A stretch of DNA of 64,000 nt from Daphnia carinata (taxonomy: Eukaryota): assembly GCF_022539665.2 (NCBI RefSeq), contig NC_081333.1:9176001-9240000 (forward strand), in the 5' to 3' direction. How positions within the stretch are numbered: position 1 is the first letter of the stretch; each line of letters opens with the position of its first letter. This document shows positions 36,901-49,000 of the stretch, piece by piece. Under the pieces are notes generated by a model. The model saw only the letters and a list, made by a program, of their open reading frames with translations. It was not told the origin of the DNA and searched no databases. The translations under genes and the position numbers were made by a program.

Positions 36901-39900
36901 CTGTAATTGTTCCAGTTTCTCACAGTTTTTTTTTTCTAGAACACAGAGAAAGAGAAAACCGTTTTCTTCTGTGTTTCTGAAATGGCAGTGTGTGTCAACG
37001 CGGGGAATAACGGTTTAGCAGCAGATGCTGGACTATAATGGCAGTGAATTAAAATGCCCGTGAAACGAGAAAAATCAGTTGAATAATAGCGAAAGGGGTT
37101 TGGTCTTCTGATGACAAGGGCAAGGGGAAAAAAAATGTTCCTCTTCCGGCTTTGCTTATATAATAGACATGTGTGTCGTAACGTTTTTCTTACACACACA
37201 CTGGACCCCTCTCCATCTCGGAGATGGGGAGACGGGTTTCCTATCCGGAATATTTCCTATTGTGCTTTAACGTGTTTTTATTCAAAGGGAGGGATTATGT
37301 GAACTTGGCCGCGACGCTAGGCGTCGTTTTTATAACGTACAAAAGAAAAAAGAAAAAGGGGAGATTGCAAAAGATGTTGTCGAGGGATAAAACTTAGGGG
37401 AGGAAATAGGAAACAGCTGATGGGCATACGCGCGCCAGCTTACGTGTCACGTGACTGGGCGTCTTGAGGAAGATGGTTCCCGTCTTGTTCAATGAAAAAG
37501 GGCAGATGGCACTTCCTCGGATTCTTTTGAAATCGAGTTTTGCAGACGTCTCGGTCATACGCGTACTACTCGAGGAAGTGATGACAATGGCGTCTGCTGA
37601 CGTAACACCTGGACAGGAGCAAAAGGTGGCCTTTCTTCACGGTAACAAAAAAAAGGGGGACAATTTCGATATTTATATTTTTGAAGGAAATATTTTTTGG
37701 GTAAGAAGAAAAACGATGAAAGGAACACAAGTTTAGGGCACGTGCCTTCAAATTTGGCGTCGAATTTTTGCGCCGGCAGATGTCAACTGCAGCAGACGGT
37801 CGTGACGTGAATTATCTGATTGTTATCTAACAATCTGCTCCATTTTATTTTTGTTTCTCTCTCTGTGCTTTTTTCCAACAGATTTCCATAGTTGGGTTTT
37901 TCACAGTTGGATTGCACTTAAATTTTTTTTTTTTTTAACGTAGTCCTTTTTTTTATTATGATTAGTGAAAAGTGGGGGGGGGCAAAGGTGAGTTGGAATT
38001 TAGTTGACTTCAAGGTTTCCGGTCCGATTTCTTTTTTCGGTTCATATCAATATTACATAGTTAAAGAACTGGAGAAGAAGGTCAAGATCCCATTCAATAA
38101 CAAAACATAGAGGAAAAAAAAATACGCTCGCTACCCATCTGGTCCTGTCTTTTACCCTCCCCTACCGCCAAGGGTTCCGTCTTGAAAAAAAAAAAAAGTA
38201 CTCCGACATCTTGTAAAGAAGAAAAAAAAAAGCCGGGCATGTCGTAACTCGCCTTTTGGTGTCGTGTAACCTTTTTTTTTTTTTTTTTTTTTTTAGAACT
38301 TCCAAATTAAAAAATAAAATGAGTCTAGTGGTGTTTTATCCTTTGAAGAAATAAAGAAAAAATAGAATCTGGAAAAGGAAGCCAAAAACTATTAACTGGA
38401 CCAAGAATTTCCATTAAAATCTTGGTCTTGTTAAATGTGTACATTCAACTCTTTTCTCTTCCATGTCAGCGGGTGGGTGTTTTTTCTAAAGCCACGTTTG
38501 AAAATTGGGGGGTTAGAAAAATTAGAATATTTTTGAATGGGATTTTTCCTATTGCCTTTTGTATCCGGATCAAAGTGGAATGGAAGTCGTTTGTGACGAC
38601 AGTCTATTGTTGTTTTTTTTTTGGAGGGGGGTAGGTTTGATGAGTATGCTATCAGTAGCGGATCCAACTCGTTTTCAAAATCTTTTTGTTTAGTCTTCGC
38701 CAACGATCGTGGGGGGAACGAATAAATTAACTCATTGCCTAAAAAGGTGAAAGTTTTTCTTTTGTTAAATTAACAAAAAATGGTGAAGTGATTATTCAAA
38801 ATGGTACCAGTGACCAAAAAGACTTGAATTGCAGTGATGAATGTGATAATTATTCATCAAAAACTCTCACCTGCCCCGGGTCCGTCTGGTGACGTGTGTC
38901 TTTCATTGGCCTCCAAAAAACTGACACCTGGGCGCGAGCGTGCGCTGCTCGTTCATAACCTCCCCCCTCCCCTCCTTCTCTCTCTGGATATAATCAAATC
39001 CAACACACACACATGAAAAATAACATCAAAAAATGGTGTCTGTATAGCGACAGTATGTGTCGCCATTTTTAAAAGTCCCTCCCCTCTACACGCGCTCACT
39101 AAAAACGCATAGCGGAACTTTGGGTTCGACTTGCACCTGGATCCTCTTGCCGCTTTCTATTGTATTGAAGGAGGGGTACAAGCTCTTCTTCTTCCTTTTT
39201 CTCTTTTTTTGTCGTATTTTTAAAAATGCTTTCTGCGCTGTTGTGGCTTTGAGCACAAGAAACGAGATCAGTTTTTGTGTTGCCACTCCCGTGTGTGTGT
39301 GTGTGTGTGTGTGTGTTACGGCCATTTTTAAAAGGCCAAAGAACCTTCCGGTAGTTGCTCCCTCCTTGCACAGCTGCTTGACGTAGTAGTAGTAGTAGTA
39401 TTGTATAGATAATATACGTCCCTGGATCAAAAGCAATAAGGAACTCGAAGGGATTTTTTTTTATCTTTTATTCTTTGTGCAACCAGATCGGATGTATGTC
39501 ATTCCCTCCCTATATTATTATTATTTTTTTCCCCTACTTGTTAAACTGGAATTATTCAGTTCAATCTGATTCATATTTTTTTAACTGGATTTCTCTTTTC
39601 AATTATAGAAACGGATTACATGCGAGTACGGCCGTCTTTGATCGCAGCGGCTTCCATCGTTGCGGCCATCAACCGACTGGGTCTTTCCGACTCCGTCAAG
39701 CAACGAGCCATCGTGTGAGGAGCGTCTGTTGGCCGATTTAGTGGGCACTGATGTCCATCAGTTAGCTAGCTTGGTCCGGTCTGTCGAGTCCCTGATGGCA
39801 ACCCAATTGGCTTCTGTCCAACAACAACAACAAGACCACCACGTTCAACAACAGCAGCAGCAACAGCAACAGCTCCCTCACGTGAAAAACAATAAAATGC

Positions 39901-39974
39901 AGACGACAACGAGTAGTTGGGAACTGGATGTTCAACCGGAAACCCCTACCGACATCCAGGATATCCATTTTTAA
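30962..39974 (+). CDS. CycD: G1/S cyclin D; exons 30962-31183, 31493-31714, 35149-35368, 39609-39974 (frame break near 39680-39718, see findings)
   Basis: Cyclin box LQPYMRRVVTTWMLEV...EEQVFPLAVNLLDRFL...QLLGCVCLLTASKLR...YTDYS...WEMLLLGKLGWDVS, and C-terminal PETPTDIQDIHF typical of D-type cyclins. Confidence 0.93.
39291..39315. repeat. (GT)n microsatellite in cyclin D intron 3
   Basis: GT run seen directly; a short (GTA)n run follows at ~39383-39400. Confidence 0.9.
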
Positions 39975-42900
39975 TCCATTATGTTCATCACAAACGCTTC
40001 ATCACACAACTCTCGACGCCCCCCTTTCCCCCTTCCAAAAAAAAAACCTGAATACTTAAAAAAAAAAAAAACACAAGTAATTAACTCGAACGAGAGAAAA
40101 AAAAAAATCATCCGACGGATGAGACAGTATTACCTGATGAGCCGTTCATTTTTTTTTTAATTAAATTTAAATTCCTAGTTTCTTTTTTTTTTTTAACTAT
40201 TATAAGAAAAAAAATATTAAAACAGCAAAAAAAATAGAATATATCCAATATCATACATACAAAAACGTTTATGGCTCAAAAGTGTCATGTACAGATATAA
40301 GAATCTTAATTTTCTTTTATTTTTTTATCTCGAGAAAAAATAGTATTTAATCTGGATCTTTTTTTTTTAACAAACTAATTTTTTTAAACATAGAATTTTT
40401 AAAAAAGTGAATCCCGAAATGTTTAACCCCCCCCCCTTACTTCAAAAAGCAAAAAAAAAAAACAACAAAAAAAACAATGTAATTCCCAACAGTTCAAACA
40501 AGTGCTCGAGAGTGTGCCCTTCTAACGTTTATCGTCTGTCGTTTTACTGCTGATTGATTCCCCTCTTTTTTCCCGTTTAAATAACCATTTGAAGACTCAC
40601 GTCTCACTGCCCTGCTTCCAACAGGTTGCCCGATAAAAGAAAAAAACACACACAAAAAAAAAAAAAATACCTCGTTGCCCCTCCAACTCATGTCAAGTTC
40701 AAGTAGTTTTTTTTTTTTAGTTTATAATTTTTTTTTATCCACCCCATGTGTCTAGTCGATTCGTCATCACTATACAAACCTAAACCATAAAACTTCCCAT
40801 CATTGTGAAGCCGACACACGCAAGAAAAAGAAAAACGTTAATTTTTATACCTCACAAGCTTCTTCACCCCCATCCCTGTCCCGATGAGTGGTTTATCGAA
40901 TCATTTTGTTGTCAACTACCGGATTAATTTTTTTTTATTGTCTTCTGTACCCGTTTTGGCTGCTACGTATGTTCCTTTTTTTTTAAAATTATCATTTGAA
41001 AACATACACACCAACATGTTCAATTCATCGAGTGAATTTTCCAACATATTTAAGAAATGTGTCATTTTGTAAACGCCCCCCCAAATGTGTGTGTCTTCTT
41101 TTCTCTGTTCGAAAGAGAAAATAAGAAACAGTTTGAATACGTTTTAAAAAAGAAAAAAAAAATACTAAAGTTGTTGTAAATACACAAATCAAAAATTTTT
41201 CCATCAAATGTGAACGGCATTTTCTGTTTTCATTCAACGACAAAATCATCCGTTATTTTAGTATGATACGGATAAAAAAAAAACAATTTCTACGGGTTCA
41301 TCCATCACACAGTTTGTGCTCTACTATAAGCACCGAAATTTAAAAACAATATAAAACTATGTATTTAAAAAAAAAAAAAAAATAAGACAGTACTACTAGC
41401 GTTGGTGGCGGCACTGTTTCAGACTTTTTATTCTTCAGGACCTCCTAGTGACTTTATTTTTTTATTTCTTTTTTGACGTATTCTCCTTAAAAGAAAAAAT
41501 TGTCGACCTGCTTTTATTATTTTTCCTGTATTTTTCTACCTTTCCCCTGTTTTTATTGTCTATTCTAGCAAAAAGAAAGAAAAATGGTAAACGATAGACC
41601 GGGGGGCCGACCTACCCAAATCTCGAGACATTCTCACCCCTCCTATACGCTCTTCCTTTTACTTGTTCTTTTTTTTTTTTCGTTATTTGATTCACTTGAA
41701 ATGATTTTGAGAAGAATCGCCGAAGCAAATAAAAAAGCGCAACGGTTTTGGTCCAAAGCTCATGTACAGCTGGCAATTGTTTTCTTTTTTTTTTTGTCGA
41801 GCAAATAGAGGCCACCACAAGCGTTAGTCGGTGATGTTTTTATATCCTATTCGAAGTCGAACGTCAGCGTGATTGAGCCGTTCCAAGAATTCTTCACGCC
41901 GTCGCCAGCCTATCGTGACCGAAAGCAACAATAAATACACCTTCAGTCTACGTCATCGTAATAATGAAAAGGTACATTTTTTTTTGTCAATCAAAGGACA
42001 TGGCAAACAACAATGTACCTTTATATTTACATAATAACAAAAAATTTCTCGACGGTTACTCTCCCAATCTACACAAGCATTGTGTCCGTTGTTCAATAGT
42101 TAAAGGCTGTACATTTTGAATGAATAAAAGCCAAATGCAATACAGAATGACAAGTTGGACTTTCTGTTACGGACTTATGATTAGAGTCATGATTAAAGCG
42201 ACCAGCCAATGCCGAATGGGAAGCAGAAAAAACTGAGTTTTTGTTAACAATGATTTTCGAAATGATCAATGAATGCCTTCACAAGGTAACAACAAAGTTT
42301 CGTCTAGACCCAACAAGAATAAAAAGAGATCAAATTATTTTTAAAGAATTTCGTATTTCTAGTAGTACAAGGAACGGCTCTTTTAGGTTATTTGTGCTAG
42401 TGTTTTAATGCAGCTAGTTGTTCGTTTAATTGAATAGAAAACGTGATGCAATCGAATGGTTCGCGTCATTTTTTAATCCAGCTGTTTAATCTCTCATGGA
42501 AAATATTTACCTTATCACAATGCGGCACGACAATTGAGCGGGAGAATCATGAAGAGAAGTTCAAAACTGCAATATAACTCATATTGTTTTGGCAGCCAGT
42601 TGGATAGTTGCACAGCTGATATGACATATTCGCCCACTTTCTTGTTGTTCGATCATTGAAACAAACATGTTTTTTTTTCTACGACCTGGCGTCTTGTGGC
42701 ATCCCCTTTACACGTGCTGTTGCAATGACAGCTGAAAACTCCCGAATGCCATCACGTGATTTCATTCGATATCTAATCCGAGTATGGCCATAGATTATCG
42801 CACACATAAAATGATTTATTTTGTCCTTTTGTTTACATTCTTGCACTTTGTATGTGATGTAGGTGTTTATTTGAAAACTCAAGTAATATCTTTGGACTTT

Positions 42901-45900
42901 GATACACGTAGAATGCTGGTTGTTGATATTTGTTCGCCAAATAGTTGTCGGCATCACAAATTCTTGAATCGCAGTGAACATGCAAACAAGGTAAAGACAT
43001 TCTTTCAATTTCTCCAGTACAACATCAACAACAAAAAACCACCATATAGTGCCTCTGTAGGTTATAGTTTTTCACTGAATTGTTGTAAATATTAGATAAA
43101 AGCTATTCGGTAGTATTCTTGAGCAGACGAGTGAATAAAGGCCTGTCGACAGAGCCTCTGACTGTCGCTCAAAATGCGAAAGAATCTGTTGCTCTCTGTA
43201 TGATGCCTCTGCTTTTGTATTCGCTATGTACGAGCTGCATCACGACTCTTTTTTGGCGATAAGGAATGCAATTGTATCTTGTTGTTTGTTGTAGCTCCTT
43301 GTTCCCCCGTTGAGCAGACCCGTATTCTTACGAACGTCAAGCGGCGCTGTATGACGGCAACATGGTGCGAAATGTACCAAGATGAAGAGAATAGCCGACT
43401 CGAGTACGAAATAGTTTACTACTCAATCCCCGTGCAAATAACATAAATACCCGTGTAATACCCGTGTCAAAACCACCTTCATCCTCCGCCCACATCTTGT
43501 TCAAAAAGGTGCCATTCTTTACTCGCAAAGTCTCGCTTCGCTTCCCATTGCAAATTTTTTTGTAACCTTCGAGCGGTGGTCTATGTTTTTTCTGTTCATT
43601 CTGAGAAGACTTGCCACGAACAAAAAATATCTATGGAACAATGGGATTGTGACCATGTATAGGAACGAAATCCTTGGTGCTTTACAAGGTCATTGGCGAA
43701 AAACGTTGGGAGTTAAATTGATGAAAATAGTTGTTAACCTATTTTAACAGATGATATTATTATTATGTGACATTGTATTGAAAGATTTCTTATTGCATCA
43801 AGAACAGCCCCCTACATCCAACTATGGAAAACAACGTTAAAAAGATTGTGTTCTCAAAATGTTGGTTTGCTTTGCTGGCAGATGACGCTACCTGTCGGGT
43901 CAAAGAGAGAGACATCTGTTGGTTTACGTTGATAACTTGATATCACCTCTTCAGCGGGCCGTGGGAAAAATTGGAATTCCAATGTGCAGCAAGTGTACAC
44001 ACAACACAAGGAGAGTGAAAAGGGACAAGTGTGACAAACAAACAACTGAAAGATCCGTGGTTGTGTTTATTTACTTTCGAGCAGGTACTTTCTTTTTCCC
44101 TTTTTCATTCAGTGTAAAGTACGATTAACAAGCCTTAATCCCTTTGTAGTAGTATATGGCGTGAAATACTCTGTGAACAAAACAAACGTCGTCGCCAGTA
44201 GGTTAAACAAATAAGAAGGCTAGAGACTGACAGAGTTCTCGTGATGTCACTAGACGTTGGGGGGGGATGTGTTATGGTCCTTTCTCTAATTTTTTCAAGG
44301 GATAGGTCTAAAATTCTAACCCCTGCCAAGAACATCTGGTTTAAAGGAATGGTGACTATAACTTGCATCATTAGTGAATGACATGGCCAAGTCATCATTA
44401 GATCAATTGCAGTTTGTGTCAGCTAGAGAAAGAAAGGACCCCCACACAGATCTTGTCTTGTAATTCTAGAAATGCAAGTTGCCAGTTGCCTCAACTGTTG
44501 TCGTGGAACTAAGTACCTGGCAACATGCAGTTCTTCTGCATCGTCTTTTGCAGATATGCAGTTACAAACCAGAAAGGATGTCAGACACTATCAACAGATT
44601 TCTACATATTTTCTCCTTCCTTTTTTTCTTATGGGGTTCTCCTCTTTCTAGTTGCCTCCTTCATCTCCCGCCCGAGGGCAATCGGCGTGCGTGCGTGTAG
44701 GCTTTCTCGTCCCGACCGCAGCCAGGAAACGAAACGAGATCCATTTCTCATCTGTCAGCGTGCCGGGCTTTGTTTGACCTGCCCGATGACCTGCCTTTCT
44801 ATCCCCCACTTAGTTTTCCCACCACCACTGCAGTTTCTTGCGTCTCTCTTTCACATTCTTTCCACCAAGAAACCCAACTCTAGGAAGAGGGGGAATCTTC
44901 TTTCTCCTCTCCTCCACCGATGGACCAGGACCCCGTAAACCGCTGAGGTCGTTACGTCGGCCTGTATCATATCAATTGATGTAGTAGACATTCTTCTGTC
45001 TTGTCTTATTGTTCCTTTGTCTGCAATCTGTTTGACGATGACAGCCCCTAGTGCGATAAACCATATAAGGTCATGCTGGTGGTGGTTCGTGAATGTTGAT
45101 TGCTGTTTGCTGTCTGGTACCGTGTTCACTCTCGAGCTAGCACGCCAAGATATTTTTTTTCCCTTTATTTTTGTGCAAGTTGTCGTAGACTTGGTGTCGC
45201 TCTTTCCCTTTTCGTTCCACAAATTAGAACCGAACGACACGCAGTCGACTTGTTTGACTAGACCGCTCTTGTTTTCTCTTCCACACGAACGGAAACAAAG
45301 AGATAGCTAGGGCGTTTAATTGGGGACAGCCACAACTATTTGAAATAAATTTACGCCTCTGGTCGTGAACCGCTGTTCGATTTTCTTTCCCTTCATTTCG
45401 AATCTAACAATTTCACGAAGTCGTCTTGATTGGAACGTCGTGACTATATTTGGTTTTAGGGCGGGAGAAATGTCTGCTCGGGTGTGAAAGTGCTATCGTC
45501 ATCCACTCGCATATGGCATTCAAACTTTTTTCTTAAACATAGAATCTTTTCGAAGTGTACCTTCTTCTTTTCCCTTATTTTGCTTATCTGCAGTCATTTT
45601 CTTTTTCAGGAATCGCGTGCCGCCTAACTTTAATCCCGATTGATTCGTCATCTGAGGACGGCCAAAGGAGGGAGGCCATCTAGCGGTTCTCCGGGACGAC
45701 TTGTTGCTGTCGCGTTTAACGCTGTGGTACTTGGGATTGGCTGGCTGGTTCTCATACGTCCTGGAGCCGCGGCGGAGCTAGGACTCGCAGTCTCTCTCCG
45801 ACCGCAACGAACGCGCGAAAATAATCGCAAAAAAAACAAAACAATAACAAACGACGGTGAATTGTGTTTTCGTGCTTCAAAGAAGAAAATCAACAAGTTT

Positions 45901-46060
45901 ATTTTATTCCATTGGCTTTGGAAATCCTTAGTAGCCGCAGTGCTAAAAAAGCGGAGCTCGCATTTCTGCCACATTTCCGACCCGGATGGATAGTCACGTC
46001 AGTGGATCTAATAAGAATTAAAAGAAATAAGAAAATTCCTCTACTCGTCGTAGATTTAAA

Positions 46061-49000
46061 ATGGATTCCAAATTCAGTCTACTCGTACTCATCGTTGTCG
46101 CCGCAACTTGCTTAACAAACGGTAAGACAATAATTCCTATTCATTCCATTCATTCTTTACTTGTTCCGTAATCTCTCGAAATCCCCAACGCGAAATTTCA
46201 TTACTGATCGTTTACGATGACAGAGACAAATTACGATAGTTTTGTATTCTTCTTTTATTCGTAGAAATGAGATAGTGTCTTATAGATCTTCAACCGACTG
46301 TCCTAAACTGATAGTGATATTTTCCGCTGGCCGGCCTGGGCTTAAGTGATAACGTTTGAGGGGGAGGAGTGAGTTGAGAAATTTGTATATATTTAAGAGA
46401 AAAAGAATGCTCGCATCCGCACCGTGGGAAAGCACAAAACGTTGAAAATCCATCACTCCTTCCTGTTGATAAACATCCATCACTTTGCCTACCAACAGAA
46501 AACGGAAAACTATTCCATCTGTTTTTTTTTTGTTTTTAACTTGGTGATTCAACCGAATTGGATTCAGCAATCGCCAGCGGAAAAGGGGAGGATTGCGATC
46601 GATTACCACGCAAGGCATCCGTACGGCTGATTAACTTTATATCGAACCGGATCCCTGAACGCTTTCAGATTTTTCTCATTTCTTTTTTTAATGGAACAAA
46701 AAAAAATAGGAAGATAAAGTCCAAAAAGGAAAAAGGAGGCCATCGTATGGTTTGATTCTAGATGCCACTGATTTCATAGTGGCAATTTGCTGAAACCCAT
46801 CTGGACGCAAGATGTTCCAGTCTCCCCTTTTCTCGCCCTCTCGCGTGGAAAGTGTTTCTATGGAACCGACGTCGTTTAACAGCTCAATGGGGGATTCTTT
46901 GTTTGTCATTTTGGGTGCGGAAGATATAGATGCCCAATCTGTGCGCATTCCCGCGAACCCTCGAGTCATTTCTATTCTGGCATTCATGCATACGAAATGG
47001 GGAAAAACAGTCGAGAGAGTGGTCTGGGTGGTCATCTATCGGGCTAGAGGAATCGGATAAGACCCATTGAAAAAGAAGAAGGAACGAAGAAGAAGAAGAA
47101 GCCAGAAAGCCTCGTTTCCAGAAACTAAACTAAGGAGCCAAACAACACGAAACAGATGTCGCACTGCAACTCGATCCGTTTAGCTCTTTCGGTTTCGCCG
47201 GAACCCTCGTCGACTCGGAGCCAAAAAGGGCAGAGACAGAAAATAGAGACTCGGAAAACACAGGGGAAGGAAAAAGAGATGATGAAAAGTCCTTTGCAAG
47301 AGAAGAACAGAGACTCCATCGCACTCTCTATACAACACATGTGGACTGTCTTGACTGGTTGTCGAGAAAATATATACATATATTTTTTTTCTTCGAACAG
47401 ACCAATAAGAAAATGCAAGACCAAGGGTAATGGAATTATTATCATTGAATGTCGAGAGAAAAGAGACAGACCAAGAGAAAAAACCAGACGCGCCGCGATA
47501 AGTTTTTGGACATCAACATGTTTGTAGGAGCCGTCTGGATATTTCAATAAGTTCTATTTGATGTTAATGCCAATCGCAAGCAGGCCAAAGTCTAGTTTAC
47601 ATCTAGCGCCCAGATCATTCATCTCCAACGGCCTCTTTCCGGTTCAAAGCGCGTCTAAAAGGGCGTTTGAAAATTTTCTAGGGAGCTCTCTAAAATAAAA
47701 CAAAAAATTTAATATGTCAGCTTATTTTCCGCCCTCTTTTTTTTCGGGCGCATGTCTGTCGTTCGTGAATGACCGACTCTTAAAATATCACGTGACAGTT
47801 TGAACTGCCCCGATGACACTTGCCCGTGCTCCAAGAGATGTAAAATAACGACAAACTTTCTCGTGTGAAAGAATAGAAAAAAAAATTTCCGCTCTTCGTC
47901 CGTCGTAAACTTCAAAATATCTTTTAACGACTAGACTCCCCTAGATAAGGTACGTTAAGAAGAAAAATGAAGGAACAGCCTTTTATTTTTTTTAATGTTT
48001 TTTCTTCAAGAGGTTACATTTGTGCCTGTCTGGGTTGCCTACGTTCGCCTGTAAAAGAAGGTGGGGCTGGAACGCTTGCATTAGTTGTTAAAACCCGACC
48101 AGAGGCAAAGGCTCATAGTTTCTTGTTGAAATCACAAAATATTACACACATAATAGGCTTGTGTTTAAAATTCATCACGATCCGGCATTTCTTTTCATTT
48201 TTTTGTGCCCCTCGTCTGCCTTCAAGTCGCCCATGTCTTTTTTCTTATTCCATTCTCAACGGGGTGGCGCGGCAGGGTTTTCGGCTTAATTCTACACCAT
48301 TGTTGTATACTTTTAATCACGTTCGTTCACTGACGGGCGGCTCCGTTGATTTACACGCAACGAAAATTGAAAAATAACTCAAGCGTGCGCTATGTACCTA
48401 GTCGTATACGAAACGTCATTCGGCTACGCTCTGATGGATATACTTTAGTAGTTAGCGGGAAAACGACGATTATCAAATCGCATCGGAGCAGACTGGCGTC
48501 CACTAGGAACACTGTGCGAAACAGTTCGGTGGTTTACGGCCAATCCCGCGTCTCGCATCGAACGGAAGAGGCCAACACAATCAGAACGTCATCTGGGGCT
48601 GCCGTATCGATGGCGGATCGGATCCATCCGCTATCTGATTTGGCCCTGCACGAACCAGGTGAGTTCACCAGGATGCCGGAAAACCATGGAAATCAAAGCA
48701 ACGATTCACAACGATTAATCAAACATAACTGATCCAATTATAAATAATGATTAGACAGATTTCCCCATTCGTGTTTGGTGTTGGATCGTCAAGTGACGGA
48801 TGAGTTTCCCTAGTGCTGCCAGCTACCCAACCATTACTGACGACTAACCGCCATTTTTTTTGTTTCCCTTTCCCGTCAGTTTACTCAACAAATGCCGACA
48901 AACAAGAACAAAACAAAACATCTTAATTACCCCTTTTTTTTTCTCTCCTGCGGAATGGTATTTAATTTGGTGAAGGAGGTTTTTTTTAAACAGATCTCTG

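Noticed and set aside
39626..39707. 82-nt GT-AG micro-intron that would restore the cyclin D frame
   Set aside because: No polypyrimidine tract, weak donor, and it would delete the conserved SLIAAASIVAAI helix.
40130..40170. CTGATGAG hammerhead-core-like motif in the cyclin D 3'UTR
   Set aside because: No stem II or GAAA partner.
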